DNA of 46,821 nt from Fidelibacterota bacterium (GTDB lineage Bacteria > Fidelibacterota > Marinisomatia > Marinisomatales > UBA8229). The stretch spans positions 1-46,821 of the forward strand of contig DPYO01000052.1 in NCBI GenBank assembly GCA_003535775.1, in the 5' to 3' direction. The notes below the pieces were generated by a model. That model did no database searches and was not told the DNA's origin. It was given only the letters and a program-made list of their open reading frames with translations. Below, piece by piece: positions 8,913-17,557 of this stretch; positions within the stretch are counted from its first letter, which is position 1; each line of letters starts with the position of its first letter. Position numbers and translations under genes: made by a program.

Positions 8913-10540
8913 GGCAACCTGTCCGGTGGGCTCCCTCTATACTTCTGATCATTGGATTGCTCCAGGGAGACAGTTCTCCAAACATACTCCCCTTTGACTG
9001 GAGTGGGCAAAATGGATTGTTATCTGTCAATGGTCAATTATTCTGGAATCATGATTGGATGTCGGGCCCAATGTATTTTGATGGCACCTTTTCAAATTTT
9101 CCCCTTCGGCTTGGTCCATCTTATTTACATTCATTCCAACCTGACAATGCGGGAGAAATTCCAAAGATGGAATCTATTCCTGATTCTGCTCAAATTTCCA
9201 GTTCCTTCGATTACAGAAAAGGAGATTATCTATTTGACCAATTAGATGTTCAGGCAGGCTTCAGTGACGGAACACGTCTCCTCAAAATGAATGGATTCAA
9301 ACGATCCTATGCAGGATCATTTGGACAGTATGTTCAACCGGAGGGAATCCTGACACCAAATCAGCAGTCTTACCGTTTGGATTACCTTACCAGTTTTGAT
9401 ACTGAAAAAGTTCAGGCATCCGTGGCTCATTTTGTTACGAATAGCGGTCTCCCTGATTCAATCATGAATGGACACCATGAAGATATCACTACTGTAGCCG
9501 GAATTTCCTATTCTAAAACTGATACAGCTAAGACTTTCCAGGTTTTTGGTTCTCAGTTTAACCAGGAACGGCGCGTGGAACTTTCATCTATTTTTACATA
9601 TCTCAACCGCACTCATCTCCACTTCCGGTGGACCTGGAATGCGTATAAAACGGTTGGATTTTTCGCTGATAAACAAAGCATCATGCAGGATGAATTGAGG
9701 GATTTAAAGTGGGTAACTATTTATGGCGGTTTAAATGGTGAAAGACTAACAACCAGCTTAGGTGGTTCATTCCTGAGCGAGGAGAAATCCTACGCCATGT
9801 ATTTGAAATCAAGTTTTTCATTACAAGGGAAATCGTGGGAGATGAATATCGGATTATCCTACAACACAAAACCAGCCCACATCGCGCTAATTGACACCTC
9901 TCAAATGTTTGAAACCTGGAGCAGAGTTCACCTTAACATTGAAAAAAGAATCAGATTATTCCGGTTTCAGTCAGAAAATAATTTTGGCTCTGTGGCTCAT
10001 TCGGGGTCCGGTTCAAATCCAAATTATCTTTCCAGTGAACTATCCATGTCATGGGAGATATATTCAAAATGGACAGTTTCAGGAATGGTGGGAATGTATG
10101 AAACACTGTGGAATAATTCATCCTTGGTGGAAAATACCCCTCTCACTGATGGGTTCAGTAGAAAAATTCAGTTTTCCATTAAAGGATCCCAACCGTTTTT
10201 TCATGGAAATATGATGGTCCACACAAAACTCAGGGTTAATGGGAATCTGAACAGAGAACAGAATTATGGATATGATTTTGTGAATTCCATTCCCATTCAA
10301 GAGGAAAATCAAGCCTATCCCCTACCCAATTATTGGGTAGCCCATTTTGAAATCTCAGCGGTTGTTTCCACGATGACACTTATTTGGAAAGTCCAAAATG
10401 TGCTGAATGCATACGAACCCACAGTGAGAGAAATATATTCTGGGCTGAACAATGATTATGTCTGGATCCGTAACAACAGGGACTTTTATCCTATGGGCCA
10501 GCTCATCAGCTTCAGCGTCCTTTGGAATTTTGAGAATTAA
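8909..10540 (+). CDS. hypothetical secreted / outer-membrane beta-barrel-like protein
   Basis: 543 aa with an N-terminal signal-like segment 'APSILLIIGLLQG'. It is rich in alternating aromatic/polar strands, and the C-terminus is '...SVLWNFEN'. The start overlaps the upstream stop (ATGA). No recognisable catalytic motif. Confidence 0.45.
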   Translation: MRQPVRWAPSILLIIGLLQGDSSPNILPFDWSGQNGLLSVNGQLFWNHDWMSGPMYFDGTFSNFPLRLGPSYLHSFQPDNAGEIPKMESIPDSAQISSSFDYRKGDYLFDQLDVQAGFSDGTRLLKMNGFKRSYAGSFGQYVQPEGILTPNQQSYRLDYLTSFDTEKVQASVAHFVTNSGLPDSIMNGHHEDITTVAGISYSKTDTAKTFQVFGSQFNQERRVELSSIFTYLNRTHLHFRWTWNAYKTVGFFADKQSIMQDELRDLKWVTIYGGLNGERLTTSLGGSFLSEEKSYAMYLKSSFSLQGKSWEMNIGLSYNTKPAHIALIDTSQMFETWSRVHLNIEKRIRLFRFQSENNFGSVAHSGSGSNPNYLSSELSMSWEIYSKWTVSGMVGMYETLWNNSSLVENTPLTDGFSRKIQFSIKGSQPFFHGNMMVHTKLRVNGNLNREQNYGYDFVNSIPIQEENQAYPLPNYWVAHFEISAVVSTMTLIWKVQNVLNAYEPTVREIYSGLNNDYVWIRNNRDFYPMGQLISFSVLWNFEN

Positions 10541-10597
10541 GGGAAACCTACACCCGTCCAAAATCAATAAATAGATTGTTATTACTCACTTTTTTTA

Positions 10598-12646
10598 TTA
10601 ACGGAAATCATATCTTAGTCCGATTTTCAAAATCCGTCCCGGTTCAGGATAACCATAGTTAGTCATTGTATTTTCATCCAGCAGATTTTCAACCAATAGT
10701 TTTACAGAAACGATATGGTTAAAAATGTCAAATTCCCAATCTGCACTTCCGTTCACTGAGAGGAAATCTTCGAGAGAATTACCATAAGGATCTTTCCTTT
10801 CTCCGGTATAGAAGAATTGCAATCCCGAATTAATGTTAAATATATCAACAAATAATCCTAACATTCCGGTAAAATCAGGAGTGTAAGCTAATGGTTCTCC
10901 GGTAGATTCATCTTCCGTAATTAATTTTGTTCCATGATATTGAACTGTTAATGGCAGAGGAAACAACTTGTGTTTACCATTAACATTGAAGCTGATTCGA
11001 TTAGATTTATTAATGTTATAGACTTTCCATTCACCCCATAGATTTTCAGGATCTACCGGAGCCCATGATATCAGATCATGGCTTGACTGAACTTTTACCC
11101 TGAAAAGAATATATCCTTGATCAAATACACTCTGTATTTTTGCTGTCTGGTATTGAGTACGTTCTGAATTTAATTCAGGATTACACCTCATCCATGGATC
11201 ATCCCAATAGAGGTCATTAAAAGTGGGATATCGAAAACCGGTTCCGGCAGAATAACTCAATTCCAATTCGTCATTTAAGAAGATAATAGTATTGAAGTCG
11301 TAAGTATCTTCCTTGTAAAATTTATGAATGTAGTCAAAACGTCCGGAGGGAATTATCTTTAACCATTTGACAGGTGCCACTTGAAAACGCATTGCAAAAC
11401 CGGCTGAGGTTCGGGAATGTTTACCAGCATCTGTACCGGAGATATTTTCCTGCTTTACTTCCAGAAGTGATTGCATAAATATTAATTCATTGAATCTGTT
11501 TTCCCATCTGCTTTTGAATGTGTTTGACACTAAGCTATGTTTGCTGTTGGTAGCCCAGATAGAATTTGGATCAACGAATTTCTCATGACTCCCACGACGG
11601 TTGTAATGAAACTTAATAAAACCATTTTTCAGTAGATGACCATAATTAAGTGAGCTTACAAACAGATCATCTGACTTGTAAGCTTTTGGTGTCAGCCCCC
11701 AAACTAAATCACCAGCAACACCTCGATCATTCCAGGAATTCATCTGATATGCTGAAATGAAAGAACGTTTGCTGAGCATTCCTTTTAGAAAAATAGAACT
11801 GAATAACTGTTGAAATCTGTTGTTTTCTCTGATGGCAGATATATCTTCCCATGAATACGGATAATTTCCTTCATCAACAGTACCTCCCGTTTGGAATGTG
11901 TAAGTCCAGTTTTTTATTTTACCGTGAAAATTAGCTGTCGCAGATGAGTAACCGTAACTACCGCTGGTGATTTCGATAAACGTCTGATCAATCCAAGGAT
12001 TGATATTCAGAACACCGTCCATTGCTCCAGAACCCCAAAAAACACCGGGCGATTTCGCAATTGTAACTTGATCAAGAACTTGAATAGGTAATTGCGAAAC
12101 ATCAGTACCACCGTTTTGAGAGCTAGTCAAATCCACTCCTTTCAAGGTCAACTTTGTATGAGAACTGTTACCTCCGTCTAAACTGAAAGAAGTATTTCCG
12201 GCTAAACCGCCTGATGAATTAAAAGTCAATCCTGGAATTCTCTGAAATATTGAGGTTCTGGAATGACTGTCAATAGGCTTATTTATAATGGTTTTTTCGT
12301 TAAAATTAAACTTACTTTTCTGTCCCATAATAATTATAGGTTCTATTGTTATCGGTTCGCTGTTCAAGAGGAATTGATAGCGTGAATCTCTTGTAATTAT
12401 CGCTTCTCTTGTTTCGTAACCGAAGCGTGAGATAGTCAGAGTATCTCCGGGAGATAAGTTTCCTGAAAGATGAAAAAAACCGTTTTCGTCTGACAAATCC
12501 CAATCCCCACTTGACTTGTGGAATACAATTGAATACGGAATCGGATTGTTGTCAGAAGATGTAACTATTCCAGTGATTACATTTCCTGTCAGCAAAGAAT
12601 ATTGCAATAGGATGCACAATAAAGTGCAGAGTGTTTTTTTGAGCAT
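10598..12646 (-). CDS. TonB-dependent receptor (BtuB-like, cobalamin-riboswitch controlled)
   Basis: Signal peptide 'MLKKTLCTLLCILL', then a CarboxypepD_reg-like domain ('GIVTSSDNNPIPYSIV...DENGFFHLSG...ISRFGYE'), a plug and a 22-strand-type barrel ending 'GLRYDFR'. The start is moved to the ATG at 12646, because the upstream 12 codons of the track ORF lie inside the riboswitch terminator. Confidence 0.85.
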   Translation of the reverse strand: MLKKTLCTLLCILLQYSLLTGNVITGIVTSSDNNPIPYSIVFHKSSGDWDLSDENGFFHLSGNLSPGDTLTISRFGYETREAIITRDSRYQFLLNSEPITIEPIIIMGQKSKFNFNEKTIINKPIDSHSRTSIFQRIPGLTFNSSGGLAGNTSFSLDGGNSSHTKLTLKGVDLTSSQNGGTDVSQLPIQVLDQVTIAKSPGVFWGSGAMDGVLNINPWIDQTFIEITSGSYGYSSATANFHGKIKNWTYTFQTGGTVDEGNYPYSWEDISAIRENNRFQQLFSSIFLKGMLSKRSFISAYQMNSWNDRGVAGDLVWGLTPKAYKSDDLFVSSLNYGHLLKNGFIKFHYNRRGSHEKFVDPNSIWATNSKHSLVSNTFKSRWENRFNELIFMQSLLEVKQENISGTDAGKHSRTSAGFAMRFQVAPVKWLKIIPSGRFDYIHKFYKEDTYDFNTIIFLNDELELSYSAGTGFRYPTFNDLYWDDPWMRCNPELNSERTQYQTAKIQSVFDQGYILFRVKVQSSHDLISWAPVDPENLWGEWKVYNINKSNRISFNVNGKHKLFPLPLTVQYHGTKLITEDESTGEPLAYTPDFTGMLGLFVDIFNINSGLQFFYTGERKDPYGNSLEDFLSVNGSADWEFDIFNHIVSVKLLVENLLDENTMTNYGYPEPGRILKIGLRYDFR

Positions 12647-12648
12647 TG

Positions 12649-12678
12649 AAAAACCCCGATAGTTTTCTTGCCTCGGGG
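12649..12678 (-). terminator. intrinsic terminator hairpin forming the riboswitch expression platform
   Basis: The minus strand reads CCCCGA-ggcaagaaaacta-TCGGGG-TTTTT-CA-ATG. This is a 6-bp GC-rich stem and a U5 tract ending 2 nt before the receptor start codon. Confidence 0.55.
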
Positions 12679-12754
12679 TCATGAGATTGGATTAAATACT
12701 TGGAGATATTCAAACTATATCATGATTTTTATCCCGAAAGCCAGTTGATATTTA

Positions 12755-12905
12755 GACCGTTGGGCAGATATCCTGACTTGCACATCACCGGATCCCTTCC
12801 GCCTTCTCATACCGATTTCAATCAGTACAATGGTTTTATGGATGGTTCCTTCGTGCTCACAGTAGCGGGAACTGTGCCCGATTTTACGGGACTTCCCTGC
12901 CTTAA
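12755..12905 (-). promoter_or_regulatory. cobalamin (B12) riboswitch aptamer
   Basis: The minus strand reads AAGGCAGGGAAGUCCCGUAAAAUCGGGCACAGUUCCCGCUACUGUGAGC...GAGAAGGCGG...AGUCAGGAUAUCUGCC. This matches the conserved GGGAA / GUAAAAUC / CCCGCxACUGU core and the B12 box (AGUCAGGAxAxCUGCC). GGCAG...CUGCC closes P1. It lies 5' of a TonB-dependent receptor. Confidence 0.85.
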
Positions 12906-13053
12906 TTGTCTTATTGATTTAAAATAGCATCAAAAGATTAAAGCCCTTCATGATAAAGAACAATAATTATTTGGATCAAATACCATCTTGTTAATGAAGA
13001 ACATGTCAGAATAAATTCTTTACTGAAATTATTTAATAACTGTTTCATTAACT

Positions 13054-13836
13054 ATGTCACTTTTCACTATCAATACATCCGTAGCCGATGTGTACCGTGA
13101 ACCGGATTTTAATTCCACAATGGTAACACAGGCACTGCTTGGAGAATCCTGTGAGGTTCTAAACCAACATAAAAATTGGGTATTAATCCGGCAGTGGGAT
13201 GGATATGAAGGATGGGTGAATCATTTTTTCGGTGTACATTCAGAGGAACCCTACATGTCCTCTCATGTTTGTTATTCTTTGTCCACTCCACTTTTGGATG
13301 AACCAGATGGTGAAGTTTTACGGAAGATTTGTTTTAACTGCAGTCTCAAGGCTGATAGTACTGAAAATGGATATCGTGTAATCCTTCCAGATGGTATGAA
13401 TGCGTGGACAAATATCGAACTTTACTCTGCTCCTGATCCTGCTACCCGTGAAAATATCCTGCAATCTGCATTCCGGTTTCTCGGAACTCCGTACCAATGG
13501 GGCGGAAAAACTCCCGGTGGCATGGACTGCTCCGGTTTTGTTCAAACCGTCTTCAAATCGGCAGGAGTGAATCTTCCAAGGGATGCTCACCAACAGGAAG
13601 AATTCTTGAAAAATGCTCAGGTAGAATTGGAGGAAGCAGGATGGGGAGATCTCTTGTTTTTTAGTGAAAATGGAAGAGTGACCCACGTGGCAATTTGCAC
13701 TGGAGAGATGGGATTCATTAATGCTCGGGGTTGGGTGAGGAAAGAAAGTCTTGAAGAAAATGCTCATAATTTTAACAAAAAATTAAAGAGCCTATTTAGT
13801 TCAGCTCTGAGCATGAAAGATTTATTGATAGCATGA
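13054..13836 (+). CDS. C40 family (NlpC/P60) peptidoglycan peptidase with N-terminal SH3b-like domains
   Basis: 'FLGTPYQWGGKTPGGMDCSGFVQTVF' carries the catalytic Cys, and 'VTHVAICTG' the His. Confidence 0.85.
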   Translation: MSLFTINTSVADVYREPDFNSTMVTQALLGESCEVLNQHKNWVLIRQWDGYEGWVNHFFGVHSEEPYMSSHVCYSLSTPLLDEPDGEVLRKICFNCSLKADSTENGYRVILPDGMNAWTNIELYSAPDPATRENILQSAFRFLGTPYQWGGKTPGGMDCSGFVQTVFKSAGVNLPRDAHQQEEFLKNAQVELEEAGWGDLLFFSENGRVTHVAICTGEMGFINARGWVRKESLEENAHNFNKKLKSLFSSALSMKDLLIA

Positions 13837-14378
13837 ACGCAATAGCAATATCGCTCAATGGATCCATATTGAATCGAGCCGTACTCGTACTTAATTCGAA
13901 TTATGCCCCATTACATGTGTGCACAACAAGAAGGGCAATCTGCCTTTATTATCTTGACAAAGCAGAAATCCTCGAATCATATGAAGAAGCAGCTCATTCC
14001 CCCAGCACAACTCTCTCACTGCCAAGTGTAGTAAAACTGAATAAAATTGTTCATTACAACAGTATGTCAGTAATTCTGAACCGGAGAAATATTGTTCAGA
14101 GAGATCATCATACCTGTCAGTATTGTGGAAAATCCTCCGGCCCGGTCACAGTGGATCATATTATCCCTAAAGAACGGGGTGGCTTGGATTTATGGGAGAA
14201 TCTGACCACAGCCTGCCCTTCCTGTAATTTAATAAAAGGGAATCGGACACCAGGTGAAGCAGGAATGCAGCTAAAAAGACAACCTGTGCGGCCAAATAGA
14301 ATTCATTATTTTCAACAAATTGTACGACAAAAGCAAATTGGCTGGCGACCTTACTTATTTATGGAACCGTTACAATAA
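13833..14378 (+). CDS. HNH endonuclease family protein
   Basis: 'HHTCQYCG...VDHIIPKERGG...WENLTTACPSCNLIKGN' gives an HNH motif with two CxxC pairs. The start overlaps the upstream stop. Confidence 0.8.
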   Translation: MNAIAISLNGSILNRAVLVLNSNYAPLHVCTTRRAICLYYLDKAEILESYEEAAHSPSTTLSLPSVVKLNKIVHYNSMSVILNRRNIVQRDHHTCQYCGKSSGPVTVDHIIPKERGGLDLWENLTTACPSCNLIKGNRTPGEAGMQLKRQPVRPNRIHYFQQIVRQKQIGWRPYLFMEPLQ

Positions 14379-14391
14379 CTCAAAGAATCTC

Positions 14392-15357
14392 ATGAAACGC
14401 GTTTTAAGTGGAATTCAACCATCTGGACAATTACATCTGGGTAACTATTTTGGAATGATGTCCCGAATGATTCACTATCAAGAAGAAAACGATCTATTCG
14501 CATTTATTGTCAACTACCATGCTTTGACATCCATTCAGAATCGGGAAATTCTTAGAGAAAATACTTTTAGTGCAGCATGCGATTTTCTGGCACTCGGTCT
14601 CGATCCGGAAAAATCTACTTTTTGGATACAGGGGGATGTCCCCCAGGCTACGGAATTGACCTGGCTTTTATCAAACGTAGTAAATGTTGGCTTGCTGCAG
14701 CGATCAACATCGTATAAGGATAAAATTGGACAAGGAGTTGCTCCAAGCATGGGCCTTTTTTCCTATCCAATACTTATGGCTGCTGATATACTTTTATTTG
14801 GTTCTGAAAAAGTACCTGTTGGAAAAGATCAAAAGCAACATCTTGAAATGGCACAGGACATGGCAACCCGTTTCAACAATACTTTCGGTGATGTTTTCAT
14901 TGTTCCTGAACCAGACATTGATAAAGAAACACAGCTGGTGCCTGGCATTGACGGTCAGAAAATGAGCAAATCTTATGGGAATACAATTCCCGTTTTCTGT
15001 AATGAAAAAATATTAAAGCAGAAAGTCATGTCCATTGTAACTGATTCCACTCCAATCGATGAACCCAAGGGTACGGATTCTCCGATTTTTCAAATCTACA
15101 GTCTCTTTCTTGATAAAAAAGAGAAAAAAGAATTGACCAATCGATTTAAAACTCCCGGGTTGAAATACGGTGATGTGAAAAAAGAGATTTTTGAACGAAT
15201 CTGGACTCATTTCGAACCATTTCGAAATAAGCGAAATTATTTGACAAATCACAATGACTATGTAAAAAATATTCTAAAGGAAGGTGCTCAAAAAGCTTCC
15301 GCTGTTGGAGATGATTATCTATCAAGAGCTCGAGAAGCAATGGGATTAAACTACTGA
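14392..15357 (+). CDS. trpS: tryptophan--tRNA ligase
   Basis: 'SGIQPSGQLHLGNYFG' (HIGH-type motif), an exact 'KMSKS' and 'GKDQKQHLE'. The start is set at the ATG at 14392 (MKRVLSG...). The track start at 14320 overlaps the HNH gene. Confidence 0.92.
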   Translation: MKRVLSGIQPSGQLHLGNYFGMMSRMIHYQEENDLFAFIVNYHALTSIQNREILRENTFSAACDFLALGLDPEKSTFWIQGDVPQATELTWLLSNVVNVGLLQRSTSYKDKIGQGVAPSMGLFSYPILMAADILLFGSEKVPVGKDQKQHLEMAQDMATRFNNTFGDVFIVPEPDIDKETQLVPGIDGQKMSKSYGNTIPVFCNEKILKQKVMSIVTDSTPIDEPKGTDSPIFQIYSLFLDKKEKKELTNRFKTPGLKYGDVKKEIFERIWTHFEPFRNKRNYLTNHNDYVKNILKEGAQKASAVGDDYLSRAREAMGLNY

Positions 15358-15362
15358 GAAAA

Positions 15363-16085
15363 ATGTATAAGGTGTCTCTTGAAAGTTTTGAAGGACCCCT
15401 TGATTTATTACTCTATTTTATCCGGAGGGATAAGATTAATATTTATGATATCCCCATTGCTAAAATTACCAAAGACTATGTGAAAGCCTTGGATATGATG
15501 AAGGAATTCAATGTAACAGTTGTAGGAGAATTTATCGTCATGGCTGCAACCCTAATGCGAATTAAAGCAAAAATGCTTTTACCCTCTCACGGGAATGATG
15601 AAGACAGTAATGTTGAAGATCCCAGAACCGCTTTGGTACAGCAATTATTGGAGTACCAGCAGTTTAAAGAAGCCGCTGAACATCTGACTGAATTGGCCAA
15701 AAATCAAAATCGGTATTTCCCACGTAAGAATGCTACGGACCTCCCTGAAGTACATGCAGATTTAAAATTTTATTTAAAAGACATTTCATTGTTTGAAATA
15801 GCCCGGTGTTTTAAGATCGCCATGGACAATATGCCTGTGATTTCCACCTATGAACTCCGGAGAGAACAAATAAATCTGGAGGAGCAAAAAGCAAAAATCC
15901 TGGGGTGCTTTGATGGTGATGGGGCACTCCGGTTCTCAGCTTTAATGAGTCGTTTTAACCACAAACTTGAAATCATTGTATCTTTCCTTGCTATCCTGGA
16001 ACTAATCCAGCAAGGTACGATTACTGTTGTACAAAATAAAATTTTTGGTGAAATTGAATTCCACCACTTGGAAAACTTAGCCTAA
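15363..16085 (+). CDS. scpA: segregation and condensation protein A
   Basis: 'FEGPLDLLLYFIRRDKINIYDIPIAKIT' is the ScpA N-terminal signature, with a winged-helix C-terminus 'FLAILELIQQG'. Confidence 0.9.
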   Translation: MYKVSLESFEGPLDLLLYFIRRDKINIYDIPIAKITKDYVKALDMMKEFNVTVVGEFIVMAATLMRIKAKMLLPSHGNDEDSNVEDPRTALVQQLLEYQQFKEAAEHLTELAKNQNRYFPRKNATDLPEVHADLKFYLKDISLFEIARCFKIAMDNMPVISTYELRREQINLEEQKAKILGCFDGDGALRFSALMSRFNHKLEIIVSFLAILELIQQGTITVVQNKIFGEIEFHHLENLA

Positions 16086-16089
16086 AATA

Positions 16090-16626
16090 ATGCAGGAAAA
16101 GGAAAACCAATTAATTATTGAATCCTTACTTTTTGTAACATCGGAGCCTTTGACTCAAAAACAGGTTAATCTTGTTTTCGAGTCAGATTTTCCTAAAATA
16201 TCGGATACTGTAGAACAACTCAATAAAAAGTATAAAATAGAAGAACATTCATTTTACATCAGGAAGATCGCTGATGGGTATCAAATTGCAACCAAACCAG
16301 AATACGAAATTTGGATACGACGGTTATTAAAAAAAAGCGGTCAACTGATGCTTTCAAGAGCATCCATGGAGACAATGGCTATTGTAGCATATAAACAACC
16401 CATAGGCAGATACGAAGTAGAATCCATCCGGGGGGTTGATTGCACAGGAGTATTGAAGACCCTCCTCACGCACAACTTGATCCGAATTCGAGGAAGAGAT
16501 AAAGGTCCCGGAAGACCACTTCTCTATGGCACAACCAAAAAATTCCTCGAAAAATTTGGCTTGAATACAATTTCAGAGATACCCAAATTAAGAGAAATCA
16601 CTGAATTATCAAGTGCAACCGAATAA
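16090..16626 (+). CDS. scpB: segregation and condensation protein B
   Basis: 'IESLLFVTSEPL', 'GYQIATKPEY', 'LSRASMETMAIVAYKQPI' and 'GRPLLYGTTKKFLEKFGL'. Confidence 0.9.
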   Translation: MQEKENQLIIESLLFVTSEPLTQKQVNLVFESDFPKISDTVEQLNKKYKIEEHSFYIRKIADGYQIATKPEYEIWIRRLLKKSGQLMLSRASMETMAIVAYKQPIGRYEVESIRGVDCTGVLKTLLTHNLIRIRGRDKGPGRPLLYGTTKKFLEKFGLNTISEIPKLREITELSSATE

Positions 16627-16752
16627 ACTGAAAAAATAAATCGTGGAAAAAACCAGAAATGTTATTCTGTCTGAAAAATTCAATTTCTTTTCAATTGTAA
16701 TCATTCGAGATACGTCTGTCCTTTTACCAAACATATTTCATTTTTATTCTTT

Positions 16753-17478
16753 ATGAGGCTGAATAAATATCTTGCCAAATCAGGTGTTGCTTCTCGACGA
16801 GAATCAGACAAACTCATTCAAGCTGCAACAACTTTTGTAAATGGAAAACTCATTACAGATCCGGCCTTTAATGTGAAAAAAGATGATGTAGTGAAATATG
16901 ATGGTCAAAAACTATCTTTAGTAACTGAGACAATTGTCATAATGCTGAATAAACCGAAAAATATCATTACAACCGCAAAAGACACCCATAACAGAAAAAC
17001 TGTTCTAGACCTTATCCCCCTGCAAAATCGGTTGTTTCCTATCGGACGATTGGATAAAGACACTACAGGACTGGTTTTTCTCACCAACAATGGTGAATTA
17101 GCAAATTACCTGATGCATCCAAAAAATAGAATCCCTCGGATTTATCAAGCAGAAATCGAGGGTAAACTGAACCAAAAATCAATCATGAAAATGAAAAAGG
17201 GAATCTATATCGGTGACGGCGAATTTGGCCGGTCGGAATTTGTTCGTCAAAAATCCGTGAAAAAAAGATCCATAGTGACCCTAAAATTATACGAGGGGAA
17301 AAAACGTGAGATTCGAAGAATATTCAGGTTTTTAAAAATAAAATTATTTTCCCTTCAAAGAGTACAATATGGTGAAATTATCCTTGGAAATCTTCCCACA
17401 GGACACTGGCGAATTCTCTCAGAAAAGGAAACTAAAATCCTAAAAAATAATTTCACGGATAGAGCTAAAATTGGTTGA
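16753..17478 (+). CDS. pseudouridine synthase, RsuA/RluB family
   Basis: N-terminal S4 domain ('MRLNKYLAKSGVASRRESDKLI') and the catalytic 'GRLDKDTTGLVFLTN' motif. Confidence 0.88.
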   Translation: MRLNKYLAKSGVASRRESDKLIQAATTFVNGKLITDPAFNVKKDDVVKYDGQKLSLVTETIVIMLNKPKNIITTAKDTHNRKTVLDLIPLQNRLFPIGRLDKDTTGLVFLTNNGELANYLMHPKNRIPRIYQAEIEGKLNQKSIMKMKKGIYIGDGEFGRSEFVRQKSVKKRSIVTLKLYEGKKREIRRIFRFLKIKLFSLQRVQYGEIILGNLPTGHWRILSEKETKILKNNFTDRAKIG

Positions 17479-17557
17479 TTTTTTTTTCTAAATGATAATG
17501 TGTAGGTTATCACATTGACAAAAGTTAATTTTATCGGCTTATTGAGAGTTGAATATC

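Noticed and set aside
12700-12927. 75-aa + strand ORF (MEIFKLYHDFYPESQ...)
   Set aside because: It lies entirely antisense to the cobalamin riboswitch aptamer and has no coding-like features. The open frame is explained by the GC-richer structured RNA.
14320-14391. N-terminal extension of the trpS ORF
   Set aside because: It overlaps the HNH gene. TrpS normally begins a few residues before the SG(I/F)QPSG motif, which fits the ATG at 14392.
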